A DNA stretch of 64,000 nucleotides from Candidatus Bathyarchaeota archaeon (GTDB lineage: Archaea > Thermoproteota > Bathyarchaeia > Bathyarchaeales > Bathycorpusculaceae). Below are positions 19,558 through 29,407 of this stretch, one piece after another. Both the position numbers and the translations under genes were made by a program. Position 1 is the first letter of the stretch. Each line of letters opens with the position of its first letter. Under the pieces are notes generated by a model. The model was not told where the DNA came from and did no database searches. It saw only the letters and a list, made by a program, of their open reading frames with translations. The stretch spans positions 576,001 to 640,000 of the forward strand of contig CAWFFH010000003.1 in NCBI GenBank assembly GCA_963815095.1, given 5' to 3'.

Positions 19558-20067
19558 TCAAAGCTCATTTTTCTTCAAAATTTTTCTCGGTGAATGCTCG
19601 TTTATCTTGGTTTGTATGAACAGGTTCAACTCTTCGGGCGAAATGTATCTTGGTCCACGTTCATGAAAAACTTGAACCTCAAATGTATCCTTACTAAAAA
19701 GGGTTCTAAGTAGGTAGTAGTCAAACTTTAACGGTGTCTTCTTTTCACCTGTGCTCTTGTAGTAGCGGATGGAGCAGAAAAAATCTAACGCGCCCAAGCG
19801 CGCCTTCGCCAAAAACTTTAGCGCGTTCTTAAGTTCCTCTTCATCAATGTAGTTGAAACCTTCAGATTCAGCCAGTCCAAACTCAAAAATCACTCTTCCC
19901 TGTGGTACCGTTGGGTTAGTGACTTCCTCAAAACTAAATTCTTTACAATTTACATCATAGAAAACTTGAATTAGCTTTTGCTGGAGCTGCTTGCTTGAAA
20001 GTGTTGAATTGAAACGATCGATTCGGTGGATATTTGCGGGAAAATTTTCATAAAAACCCAAAGTCAA
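19558..20067 (-). CDS. Conserved archaeal hypothetical protein
   Basis: 169 aa ORF 12 bp downstream of the UPF0148 gene; PLKFDYY and HERGPRY motifs. Confidence 0.7.
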   Translation of the reverse strand: MTLGFYENFPANIHRIDRFNSTLSSKQLQQKLIQVFYDVNCKEFSFEEVTNPTVPQGRVIFEFGLAESEGFNYIDEEELKNALKFLAKARLGALDFFCSIRYYKSTGEKKTPLKFDYYLLRTLFSKDTFEVQVFHERGPRYISPEELNLFIQTKINEHSPRKILKKNEL

Positions 20068-20079
20068 ATTGGCTCGTGC

Positions 20080-20445
20080 TCAAGCTTTCATTTTCTTTAT
20101 TTTTTCAACGCTATTTAGTAATTCGCCAAGTGCAAGAGTGAGTTTTTGTAGTTCATCTATATCATCAGTTTTCTCAATTTTTCCTTGTATTTCCGTTATT
20201 TTCGACATCAATGTTGCTTCAAGCTTGTCGTATACTGTCGTGGAAGCGGAGGCTTGTTTGGGTGGTTCTTCCCCTTCCTTAACAATTACTACCTTTTTCT
20301 CGTCTTTTGCGCACCAAAGAGTCCCATCTTTTAATCTAAAGAGCGGAGACGAGCAGACTGGACAGGAGAGATCCGTTAAGGTAGCGCCTTGTAGAAGCAA
20401 GTTTGCTCCTCGTTTAACAAGTGTGTCATCTGTTCGTGGATGCAT
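20080..20445 (-). CDS. UPF0148 / Sjogren autoantigen p27-like zinc-binding protein
   Basis: LLLQGATLTDLSCPVCSSPLF...WC; start is 20445 or 20457. Confidence 0.82.
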   Translation of the reverse strand: MHPRTDDTLVKRGANLLLQGATLTDLSCPVCSSPLFRLKDGTLWCAKDEKKVVIVKEGEEPPKQASASTTVYDKLEATLMSKITEIQGKIEKTDDIDELQKLTLALGELLNSVEKIKKMKA

Positions 20446-20522
20446 ATAGAACCCCAAAGTAAATACGTATCAATGCTTATATAACTTGGTCACTGCCAAG
20501 GTGCAATAAAGGGGAACATTTT

Positions 20523-20801
20523 ATGGTGCGGAAGAAAAAATCTGATGAGTATGAAGCAAAGATTCAGCAAGCGTTAGTAGTGCTCGGTGAAGTCTCTGAA
20601 GATAGCACAACACCACGAAACATCCGTCGTTCTGCAAAAGATGCTGTGAGTGCCTTGCAAAGTGGAGAATATACCCCTGCGGTGAGAGCTTCAAATGCAG
20701 TATCGATGCTGGATGAGATTCTACAAGACCCTAACATGCCACCTTATACACGGGTAAAACTCTGGAACGTTATGAGTTTTATTGAAGCCATAAAAGACTA
20801 G
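20523..20801 (+). CDS. UPF0147 family protein
   Basis: DSTTPRNIRR, DPNMPPYTR. Confidence 0.88.
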   Translation: MVRKKKSDEYEAKIQQALVVLGEVSEDSTTPRNIRRSAKDAVSALQSGEYTPAVRASNAVSMLDEILQDPNMPPYTRVKLWNVMSFIEAIKD

Positions 20802-20802
20802 T

Positions 20803-20920
20803 TTAGAACATATAATACCACATTCTTTTCCTAAACAGCTTAGCGCCGTTTAGATCGGTAGCGTATTCAAAGCCTCCTTCTTGAAGTTTGGAAGTTCTTC
20901 ATCGTGAAACTTTCACATAA
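20803..20920 (-). pseudogene. Degraded fragment resembling the C-terminal tail of archaeal tyrosine integrases
   Basis: YVKVSR*RTSKLQEGGFEYATDLNGAKLFRKR with an in-frame stop and no start; similarity recalled, not searched. Confidence 0.45.
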
Positions 20921-21110
20921 TTCGTTAGTGTTTGGAATTGGGATCCTTATGACGCGGTCGATCATTCAATCAAAGTAATAGAGGAAAAACGCAGAAAAGC
21001 AGGGTTTTTCTTATTTTCGATTTATTCCATTTATTGGAATATAGGGATTCTTGAAATGAAGATTATATAATGAATTATGCTCGTAATATTCTCGAAAGGA
21101 AAGAACAAGC

Positions 21111-21353
21111 ATGAAGCTACCAACTATCTATATTTTAGCTGCGAACCTAGGCTGTCTTTTACCCGTCAACCTGATAAACGTTACAATATTGTTGAATGGC
21201 GGGATTTTGCTTGTGGAACCGAATTGGGCAGTAATAGCGGGCGAAACAGTCGGAACTCTATTGATAACAAGCTTGACGGTGGTATGGTTGCTGCAGAAAA
21301 TTAGAGCTACTGCCAAACCTAAGCACGATTCCACACATATTTTGCATTATTAA
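21111..21353 (+). CDS. Putative small membrane protein
   Basis: 80 aa hydrophobic ORF; no family recognised. Confidence 0.35.
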   Translation: MKLPTIYILAANLGCLLPVNLINVTILLNGGILLVEPNWAVIAGETVGTLLITSLTVVWLLQKIRATAKPKHDSTHILHY

Positions 21354-21631
21354 GATCAATGCGCCTTACGACATGCTCGATTCGCGCAGTAAAAACCCAG
21401 AACATCTTAAGTCGGAAATGAAAATACCTACATCTGTGCTTAAAAATTGAATAGCCACAAAGATACCATCCTAAATAATTAAGGAGAAAGAAAAGAAGAC
21501 AAAAGGCACGAACTTATAAGTTACCTCATTTGACCCTTTGCAAAATCAAAGGATAATATTATGAGATAAAAGACTATTTTGTTTATGGTTTGAGGATTGT
21601 TTGGGACTAAAATTTATGGAAAATTTTAGTT

Positions 21632-22102
21632 TTATTTGATCCGTTCAGCGAATTTCTTTTCGTCCTTATATGAATTCGCACAGTGGATACAGCAAAACGC
21701 TGCTTCCTGTCCGTCGATAATTTCGCGGTAGCCGCCTTCGTAGACTTTGCAGCCGCAGTGTGCGCAGACGGATAGGCTTGGTTCGATGGCAATGGCAACT
21801 AACTCGGCAAAGCGCTTGAAGAGTTTAGTGCACAATTCTCTACCTTCCTCTGTGAGCGTAAAGATTTTTCGTTCTTTCTCGCCAACTGGCTTTTGGGTGT
21901 GCGTCACTATACCTTTTTCTTCGAGTTGTTGTAGGAAAGGGTAGACCAGGCTTGGGCTGATATCTTTTTTGACGCGTTTTTTGAAGCGGCTGATGATGCT
22001 GTATCCGTGGGCTGGACCTTCGTAGAGTATGGTTAGTATGTAGAAGCGGCTGAAGTCGCCGATTAAGTCGTCGAAGTTTGCTAGTTGGGTTTCGTTTGAC
22101 AT
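21632..22102 (-). CDS. PadR-family regulator with C-terminal Cys-rich (TRASH-like) metal-binding domain
   Basis: GPAHGY, LVYPFLQQLE, LTEEG; CAHCG...FCCIHC. Confidence 0.85.
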   Translation of the reverse strand: MSNETQLANFDDLIGDFSRFYILTILYEGPAHGYSIISRFKKRVKKDISPSLVYPFLQQLEEKGIVTHTQKPVGEKERKIFTLTEEGRELCTKLFKRFAELVAIAIEPSLSVCAHCGCKVYEGGYREIIDGQEAAFCCIHCANSYKDEKKFAERIK

Positions 22103-22145
22103 GCTGGTCGTCTATTATTGGATTGTTTTGCTGTTATAAATGTTC

Positions 22146-22161
22146 TTTAGATATATCTAAA
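22146..22161. promoter_or_regulatory. Perfect 16-bp palindrome TTTAGATATATCTAAA, candidate operator
   Basis: Lies between the divergent padR and cupin genes. Confidence 0.5.
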
Positions 22162-22215
22162 AAATACTCATGCCAAATTAATTAAACCCCAACAAACAAC
22201 ATATCCCCGATAACC

Positions 22216-22556
22216 ATGAAAGTCTTCAACTACAAAACCGTCCAAGCAAAAAAAGCAGATTGTTGCCCAGAAAAAACCCAGATACGAGGGCTAATAACCA
22301 AAGAGATGGGTGCCCCAAACTTTGCTATGCGCCTCTTTGAGATGTCTCCCGGCGGATTCAGTCCCTGCACATGCATGCGTGGGAACATGAAGTATTCGTT
22401 TTAGAAGGCAACGGCTCAGTCTTTGACGGAAAAAATGCGGTGCCCTTGCAAGCAGGCGATGTAGTTTTCGTACCCCCGAGCGAGTTGCACCAATTCAGAA
22501 ACAACGGCGAAGAGCAATTAAAGTTCCTCTGCTTAATCCCCCATACGGAACAGTAA
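22216..22556 (+). pseudogene. Cupin-domain protein split by a 1-nt frameshift
   Basis: ...FAMRLFEMSPGGFSP | LHMHAWEHEVFVLEG...; adding one C at CCC 22363-22365 restores a 113-aa cupin. Confidence 0.8.
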
Positions 22557-22640
22557 CTTCCCACTTAGTTTCGTACGCTGTAGCTAAAAATATATGCTAG
22601 TTGTTACATCTAAGTTTGGGTTCCAAGGGGGCAAAGTTCC

Positions 22641-24026
22641 TTGAAATATGACGTAATAATTGTGGGCGCAGGCCCAGCAGGCATCTTCTCAGCGTTAGAG
22701 CTAACCGAAAAAACAAACCTCAACGTCATTGTCATTGACCGAGGCGCAGATATCGACAAACGCAAGTGCCCCTCTAAAAGAGGTTTTGAATGTGTCCATT
22801 GCGAACCATGCTCTGTGCTTAGCGGTTGGGGCGGGGCAGGCGCTTACAGTGACGGCAAACTCACCTTATCAACAGAAGTTGGCGGTTGGCTGAACCAATA
22901 TGTTTCAACCAAAGAACTAGCTGAACTGGTAAAATATTGCGACAGCATCTACCTCAAATTCGGCGCAAGCGAACAAGTCTATGGCGGCGAAAACAAGGAA
23001 ATAGACGAAATCGAGCGCCAGGCGTCACTTGCAGGTCTTAAACTCATCAAACAAGAAGTCCGCCATATGGGCACCGACAAATGTCTCGAAACACTCATGC
23101 GCATGCGCAAATACCTCAATAGCAAAATAACTTTTCTACCTAAAACTGAGGTTAAAGGACTCATCGCCGAAAACCACACCATCCAAGGCGTAGAAACCGT
23201 CGACGGTGAGAAAATTATTGGCGAATATGTTATAATCGCTCCAGGTCGAGGGGGGGCTGAGTGGCTTCAAACTGAAGCTCAAATTCGCGGCTTAAAAACC
23301 GTTAACAACCCTGTTGACATAGGAGTGCGCGTGGAGCTTTTGGCCTCAATTATGGAGAAACTAACCAAAGTTCTCTATGAACCTAAACTTCTCTATTTCT
23401 CGCGTTCATTTGATGACCAGGTGCGCACTTTCTGTGTGTCCCCATATGGCGAAGTCACAACAGAATCCTATGATGGCGTCTTAACAGTCAACGGCGGAAG
23501 CCAAGCAGAAACCAAAACAGCGAATACAAACTTTGCCATTCTCGTCAGCACCTCATTCACCGAGCCGTTTAAGGAGCCAATCGCTTACGGCAAATATATC
23601 GCTAGACTTTCAAATCTGCTTAGCGGAGGTGTCATGGTGCAACGGTTAGGCGACCTCAACCATGGTAGACGCAGCACCCCTGAACGGCTTGCCCACAGCG
23701 TCCTCACCCCCACCCTCAAAAACGCCACCCCAGGAGACCTAAGTTTTGTTCTACCTTATCGATACCTCACTGACATTCGTGAAATGCTTGAAGCCCTCGA
23801 CAAAATCGCTCCAGGCGTCGCTTCACCCGAAACCTTACTCTACGGCGTCGAAGTGAAATTCTATTCCTCGCACCTATTACTCAACAATGCATTGGAAAGC
23901 AAAATCCAAAACATGTTCACTATAGGCGACGGCGCAGGGGTTACTCGCGGCTTAATCCAAGCGTCGGCTTCAGGAATCATCGTTGCTAGAGAAATTCTCA
24001 AACGGGAAAAACTACTGAAGGCATAA
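22641..24026 (+). CDS. FAD-dependent oxidoreductase (COG2509-like)
   Basis: VGAGPAG, GGAGAYSDGKL, RTFC, GDGAGVTRG. Confidence 0.88.
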   Translation: MKYDVIIVGAGPAGIFSALELTEKTNLNVIVIDRGADIDKRKCPSKRGFECVHCEPCSVLSGWGGAGAYSDGKLTLSTEVGGWLNQYVSTKELAELVKYCDSIYLKFGASEQVYGGENKEIDEIERQASLAGLKLIKQEVRHMGTDKCLETLMRMRKYLNSKITFLPKTEVKGLIAENHTIQGVETVDGEKIIGEYVIIAPGRGGAEWLQTEAQIRGLKTVNNPVDIGVRVELLASIMEKLTKVLYEPKLLYFSRSFDDQVRTFCVSPYGEVTTESYDGVLTVNGGSQAETKTANTNFAILVSTSFTEPFKEPIAYGKYIARLSNLLSGGVMVQRLGDLNHGRRSTPERLAHSVLTPTLKNATPGDLSFVLPYRYLTDIREMLEALDKIAPGVASPETLLYGVEVKFYSSHLLLNNALESKIQNMFTIGDGAGVTRGLIQASASGIIVAREILKREKLLKA

Positions 24027-24030
24027 ACAT

Positions 24031-24777
24031 ATGGCTGCTGTGGCTCAGGAAATCAGGTGTTCGCATTGCGGTGCTCCTGTCGAGTTCAAGCCAGGCGAAC
24101 TATTCGCAACCTGCAAATACTGCGGCTTCACCACCGTTATCGAAACGGGGCAAGCGTTTACTTTTGAGCATTCCCTACTGCTAAATAATTATTCCGAAGC
24201 ACAAATTGAAGATTTGGCGCGCGATTGGATGCGCTCTGGTTTTATGAAGCCGGGTGACTTAGCAAAAAAGGCAAAGATAACCGAAAAAAATCTCGTTTAC
24301 CTGCCGTTCTGGATTGTTTCAGCCGACGCCACAACCAAGTACAAAGGAATCTTCGAGCGCATATCACCCGCAATTGTAAAGGAAGGGCAAATCCAAAAGG
24401 AATACAACTGGTTGGTTTTAGCTAGAGAAGCCTCAAGTTTCCCAACCAAAGAGTACAATGTACCGTTAACTGGCAAAATTCCCTATGACTTCCGAAAAAT
24501 AGAGGGTTTCGCCAAATTGCTCAACAGCGAAATGACCCGTGAAGAAGCGTTGGAGATTGCTAAGCAACAGATTGAGGCGCTTCATCGTTTTCTGCTCCAG
24601 CAGGATATAGATAGAATCGTTGAAGTAGCAACAACCGTCAACCTCAAACAGATGGTTTACTTGCATGCACCCGCATGGTTCATAAAATACGAATACAAAA
24701 ACAACAACTACCAAATGATAGTTGACGGTGCAACGGGCAACGTTCTAAAGGGCGATATACCCTCTTCCAAGTTCTAA
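24031..24777 (+). CDS. Zinc-ribbon protein (YdjG-like)
   Basis: CSHCGA...CKYCG, YLPFW, VDGATG. Confidence 0.72.
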   Translation: MAAVAQEIRCSHCGAPVEFKPGELFATCKYCGFTTVIETGQAFTFEHSLLLNNYSEAQIEDLARDWMRSGFMKPGDLAKKAKITEKNLVYLPFWIVSADATTKYKGIFERISPAIVKEGQIQKEYNWLVLAREASSFPTKEYNVPLTGKIPYDFRKIEGFAKLLNSEMTREEALEIAKQQIEALHRFLLQQDIDRIVEVATTVNLKQMVYLHAPAWFIKYEYKNNNYQMIVDGATGNVLKGDIPSSKF

Positions 24778-24846
24778 ACTGTTTTAATAAACTTTAAAAG
24801 CAACCCCTTTTTTATAACGAGATGCAAATATTGGAGGATTTAGTAT

Positions 24847-25386
24847 ATGAGCGAAAATAATGATGTGTATGCCCAAGCAAAAAGCCAGATGCGGCTTTCA
24901 GAACGCATAGCTGCGGCGCTTCCAGGGTTCCGAGGATACAAAGAGAAGGAACTTCGCCGCGAGTCAGACAAGCTGATTAGGAATAACTTGACTCTTAAGC
25001 TCTCTAAAGATAAGGATAATGTCCGAAGCATCGCTCAGCGAATAGCTGATAAACGTTATATGGATGTTTTACCCGACATCGATAGGTTAACTGCAAAGAT
25101 GGATCGCATAACCGAAAAAGTTAATCATGCATCTTACGGTTACGCGGGTTTTTATGATATTGTCAAAATCAAGGAAGAAAACCTTGACAGAATGATAACC
25201 TTCGACAACCAACTTCTGGATGAGGTTGACGCATTGACCGCAAGCATTGAAGACCTAAAAACACAGCTGCTAAGCGGAAACTATTCAAACCTTAAAGACA
25301 AAATCCAGACCATTGCGGATAAGTTTGAGTTGCTCGAGGACACGTTTGATAAAAGAGAACAAGTCATCTTGGGAGTGACACAGTAA
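24847..25386 (+). CDS. Alpha-helical hypothetical protein
   Basis: PGFRGYKEKELRRESD; heptad-rich; TAATG overlap with next gene. Confidence 0.75.
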   Translation: MSENNDVYAQAKSQMRLSERIAAALPGFRGYKEKELRRESDKLIRNNLTLKLSKDKDNVRSIAQRIADKRYMDVLPDIDRLTAKMDRITEKVNHASYGYAGFYDIVKIKEENLDRMITFDNQLLDEVDALTASIEDLKTQLLSGNYSNLKDKIQTIADKFELLEDTFDKREQVILGVTQ

Positions 25387-26369
25387 TGCCGCAAATAATA
25401 GAATGGACAAACGCAAGTGCAGACTCTATAATTTGGCGTTACCCAACAGAAGACATCACTTGGGGCGCCCAACTAATCGTGCACGAATATGAAATGGCAG
25501 TCTTCTTCCGAGACGGCAAAGCTTACGATGTATTCGGTCCAGGCAGACACACACTCACCACCCTAAACCTACCTATACTAACAAGCCTGCTGACAAGGAT
25601 AGCCGGCTTTGGCGGCAACAAACCCTTCAAAGCAATGGTCTTATTCATCAGCACCAAAATCTTCGCTGGCAAATGGGGCACAAAAGCACAAACCACAGAA
25701 CTTGCACCTTTGCAGACCTATGGGCAGTTCTGGTTCAAAGTCGCAGACGCATCCCTATTCGTTAACGAAGTCATTGGTGGACAAAACGCATACTCAACAG
25801 ACCAAGTTAACGACTTCTTGCGCGGCTTCCTAAACGAGAAAATAATTGATGAACTCAGCCACTACGACCTTGTTACAGTATTCACGCGCTTAGACGAAAC
25901 CTCTGTCATTGTCAAAAACTCCCTAATTGACTACTTCAAACGAGTCGGCATCGAATTAACTGACCTCAGATTCGAAGGCATCGACACCACACCCGAATAC
26001 CGAGAAAGACTATTCTGGCTCAAAACCGGACAAACCGCCCCAGGCGACGTACTACGTATGGAAACTGTCAAGAGTGCAGCAGCTAGCCTAGGTCAAGGGG
26101 GAGGAGGCGCAGGAGCCCTCGGAGCAGGCATGGTACTTATCCCGCAAATAATGAACCAACAAGGAACCCCGCAGGCAGCACCCGCGGCGGCACTTGTCAT
26201 CTGTCCCAAATGCGGAGAAAAAGTTCCCGCTACCAGCAAATTCTGCCCTAACTGCGGAACCAACCTAACCCCACCCTCAGAAAACGCGATGAAGTGCCCC
26301 AACTGTGGCAAATCCATCCCAGCCAACAGCAAATTCTGTCCAGAGTGCGGATTCAAAATCGGCAGCTAA
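25386..26369 (+). CDS. SPFH (band 7, YdjI-like) protein with double zinc ribbon
   Basis: GAQLIVHE, FGPGRHTL, four CxxC motifs at the C-terminus. Confidence 0.87.
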   Translation: MPQIIEWTNASADSIIWRYPTEDITWGAQLIVHEYEMAVFFRDGKAYDVFGPGRHTLTTLNLPILTSLLTRIAGFGGNKPFKAMVLFISTKIFAGKWGTKAQTTELAPLQTYGQFWFKVADASLFVNEVIGGQNAYSTDQVNDFLRGFLNEKIIDELSHYDLVTVFTRLDETSVIVKNSLIDYFKRVGIELTDLRFEGIDTTPEYRERLFWLKTGQTAPGDVLRMETVKSAAASLGQGGGGAGALGAGMVLIPQIMNQQGTPQAAPAAALVICPKCGEKVPATSKFCPNCGTNLTPPSENAMKCPNCGKSIPANSKFCPECGFKIGS

Positions 26370-26380
26370 GAGGACTGCAA

Positions 26381-26719
26381 ATGAGTGGAAGCGACCGTCA
26401 ACTACTAAGCTTCGGAGTATTCCTCATCATTATAGTTGTAGGAATACTGCTGGCTTTTGCTGGAGTAATAGGCTGGGGCCTGTTTGTACCAGTAATCGCG
26501 GTGCTTTCAGGCTGCTGGATAATAGCTTTAGCAGGCATACAAGCAGGTAAACAACAGAAGTACGCGCGTGGAACATTCAGTACGATGGCATCTGGCGTCG
26601 GACTCATCGTCCTCGGCATGGCATGGTACCTATTCAGTGTTAACTGGATCTACTCGCTCGTGGTTATCTTGCTGGCAATTGCCGCTTTAGCGATCGCAAC
26701 CGCACTAAGACGCAAATAA
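26381..26719 (+). CDS. Small 4-TM membrane protein
   Basis: Likely start MSGSDRQ after GAGG; hydrophobic. Confidence 0.7.
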   Translation: MSGSDRQLLSFGVFLIIIVVGILLAFAGVIGWGLFVPVIAVLSGCWIIALAGIQAGKQQKYARGTFSTMASGVGLIVLGMAWYLFSVNWIYSLVVILLAIAALAIATALRRK

Positions 26720-26791
26720 ACCTTTGAGCCTTTTTTGGCTCTAAACATTTTTCTATGCCTTTGTACAGTCATGTTGCTGAAGGCAGCAGAC

Positions 26792-28414
26792 ATGAGTGAA
26801 GAAACTATCGGCCACGGCACATGGTACGACATGATGGCTAAGAAAGTCATCGAAAGAGAACAATCACTACACAGAGACATGAGCAAAATCCGAACCGAGA
26901 TGGGTCTTGGCGCCTCAGGATTCCCCCACATCGGCAGCTTAGGCGACGCATCCCGCAGCTACGCAGTTACGTTGGCACTTAAGAACCTGAACTGCAATTC
27001 TGAACTTGTTGCCTTCTGCGACGACAAAGACGGTTTACGCAAAGTTCCCGCCGGATTACCCGAAAACATTTCTCAAACTTTGGAGAAATACCTTGGATAC
27101 TCCGTATCCAGCATACCTGACCCGTTCGGATGCCATGAAAGCTACGGCAAACACATGAGCTCACTTCTGCTTGAAGCCCTTGACAAATGCGGGATAGAAT
27201 ACAAATATTATTCGGCTAAGGAAGTCTACGAGAAAGGATTACTTTTAGACGAGATAAGAACGATACTTACTAACGCCAAAAAAGTAGGCGAAATCGTCAA
27301 AGAAGAAGTTGGCCAAGAAACTTACACCGAGGTTTTGCCGTTCTTTGCGGTTTGCGAGAAATGTGGGCACCTCTACACCACGAGGGCTTACAAGTTTGAC
27401 CCCAAAACCGACAAGGTCTCCTACAAATGTGAAGGGCTTGAAATCCGAGGCAAACTAATCGCAGGTTGCGGTCACGAAGGCGAAGTGGACATTAAAAGCG
27501 GGGAGGGCAAATTGACGTGGAAGAGCGAGTTTGCTGCCCGCTGGAAAGCCTTGGACATTAGGTTTGAAGCTTATGGCAAAGACATCGCTGACTCCGTACG
27601 CATCAACGATCGCATTTGCCGCGAAGTGCTCTGTTTTGAACCGCCTTCTCACGCAAAATATGAAATGTTCCTAGACAAGGGTGGAAAAAAAATTAGCAAG
27701 TCGGCAGGAAACGTGTTCACACCCCAAGTGTGGTTCAATTACGGTTCGCCCCAATCGCTACTTTTGCTTATGCTTAAGCGGTTTGTGGGTACACGTACCT
27801 TGGATGTTTCTGACATTCCGGCGTACATCAACGAGATTGACTCCTTAGAGGACGTTTACTTTAGCAAAAAACAGGTCAGTGAAAAAGAAGGCGCCAAATT
27901 GAAAGGGTTATACCTTTACTGCTACGTCATGAAGCCGCCGACTAAACCCAGTGTTCATGTACCTTACAACCTCATGGCATTTCTCGTTAAGATGGCTCCT
28001 AAAGAATGCCTAAATGACTACGTTACAGAAAAACTGCAAAGTTACGGTTATCTGCAGAAAAACCAAGTTTTAGACGCCAACCTATTACAGCGCATCGAGT
28101 ATGCTTTGAACTGGACAAGGGACTTTGAAGAAATTAAGGAAACTACAATAGATCTAAGCGTTGAAGAGAAGAAAGCCATCACTGAATTTGTCACCAAACT
28201 TCAAACCGAAGACGACCCTGACAAAATCCAAAACGCAATCTTTAACGCAGCCAAAGACACCGGCATAAAACCCGGAGCCTTCTTCAAAACGTTATATCAG
28301 GTTTTGATGGGTGCACCACAGGGTCCTCGTTTGGGTCCATACGTTCTTGCTATGGGAAAACAAAACGTCATTGCCGCGCTACAAAGAGTCTTGAATCCCG
28401 TTAGCGATGAATAA
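26792..28414 (+). CDS. lysS: Lysyl-tRNA synthetase, class I
   Basis: SGFPHIGS, KISKS, GPRLG; likely start MSEETIG. Confidence 0.94.
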   Translation: MSEETIGHGTWYDMMAKKVIEREQSLHRDMSKIRTEMGLGASGFPHIGSLGDASRSYAVTLALKNLNCNSELVAFCDDKDGLRKVPAGLPENISQTLEKYLGYSVSSIPDPFGCHESYGKHMSSLLLEALDKCGIEYKYYSAKEVYEKGLLLDEIRTILTNAKKVGEIVKEEVGQETYTEVLPFFAVCEKCGHLYTTRAYKFDPKTDKVSYKCEGLEIRGKLIAGCGHEGEVDIKSGEGKLTWKSEFAARWKALDIRFEAYGKDIADSVRINDRICREVLCFEPPSHAKYEMFLDKGGKKISKSAGNVFTPQVWFNYGSPQSLLLLMLKRFVGTRTLDVSDIPAYINEIDSLEDVYFSKKQVSEKEGAKLKGLYLYCYVMKPPTKPSVHVPYNLMAFLVKMAPKECLNDYVTEKLQSYGYLQKNQVLDANLLQRIEYALNWTRDFEEIKETTIDLSVEEKKAITEFVTKLQTEDDPDKIQNAIFNAAKDTGIKPGAFFKTLYQVLMGAPQGPRLGPYVLAMGKQNVIAALQRVLNPVSDE

Positions 28415-28488
28415 TTTTTCTATTTTTTCTTGTTTGCTTCTCTTCGCGATGACGATAATTATAAATATTCACCGTTAATGAGTGAATC

Positions 28489-29292
28489 TTGGAGAACGGC
28501 CACAAATTGGTTTACCCAGCCTTAACGGACCTAGCAACCTTTGTTTTGGTTCTTGCTTTAGGGATCCCATCAGTCTATATCTTTTCGAAAGCGTTAAAGT
28601 TGAAACCTCAAGTTATTGCTTTTTCTGAAAAGAAGAAAGGGGCGATCTTGAGTTTCATTGTTTTTGTTGCGGTGTTTACTGGCGCGTTTGGAATATACGG
28701 TTTCTATGATAGAGTGTGGATTCGCGCTACATTGACGGCTGACCCTCTTTATGTTCTTAGAGATGTCATTGCAATTGCAATACTTCTTTTGCCAGCCTTT
28801 ATTGCTTTAAGGTACTCAAAGCAGAAATTAACAGACATTGCAGTTACCCGCAAAAATCTCGGAAAGAATCTTGCACTGGGCATTTTGACTAGCTTAATTC
28901 TAATTCTGTTTTTAGGCGTTCTTTCACCTTTTTTGGGCGGCGGTTTCGCGGGTTTTTCTGGAGCGACAGGTTATTTGCTTTTGAGTTATGTGATAATTGG
29001 TCTTGGTGAAGAAATCGTCTTTCGAGGGTACATCCAAACGAGATTGGTTGCCTTCCGCGGCTCAGCCGTCGGTGTGGGGGTAACGTCGCTTTGTTACGCT
29101 GCTTATAATTTTCCTTTAGGGTACTTTTGTTTCTCTGGAAATATTACGCTGGCTTTAGTGTATGGGTTTTGGAGATTTTCATCAGGGCTACTTTATGGAT
29201 ACACATTTCACAAGGGCCAAAACGTTCTCTCGTCGACTATTGTTCATATTTTTCTGGTCTGGGGCGGACTATTATTTGGCTTATATTTATGA
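28489..29292 (+). CDS. CPBP (CAAX protease/Abi) family intramembrane protein
   Basis: GEEIVFRGY, multiple TMs, IVH. Confidence 0.8.
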   Translation: MENGHKLVYPALTDLATFVLVLALGIPSVYIFSKALKLKPQVIAFSEKKKGAILSFIVFVAVFTGAFGIYGFYDRVWIRATLTADPLYVLRDVIAIAILLLPAFIALRYSKQKLTDIAVTRKNLGKNLALGILTSLILILFLGVLSPFLGGGFAGFSGATGYLLLSYVIIGLGEEIVFRGYIQTRLVAFRGSAVGVGVTSLCYAAYNFPLGYFCFSGNITLALVYGFWRFSSGLLYGYTFHKGQNVLSSTIVHIFLVWGGLLFGLYL

Positions 29293-29407
29293 TTGACTAA
29301 AAAAACAAGATATAGAAGGATGTTGCGGAAAGCAAAAGCCTTAACTTATTTGTCTCACAATTAATAGTTAGAGATTCTAATTTTATCTGGGCGCAGTTGG
29401 GGAATTT

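Noticed and set aside
26294-26380. Upstream extension of the 4-TM ORF
   Set aside because: It overlaps the SPFH gene; the SD-supported ATG is at 26381
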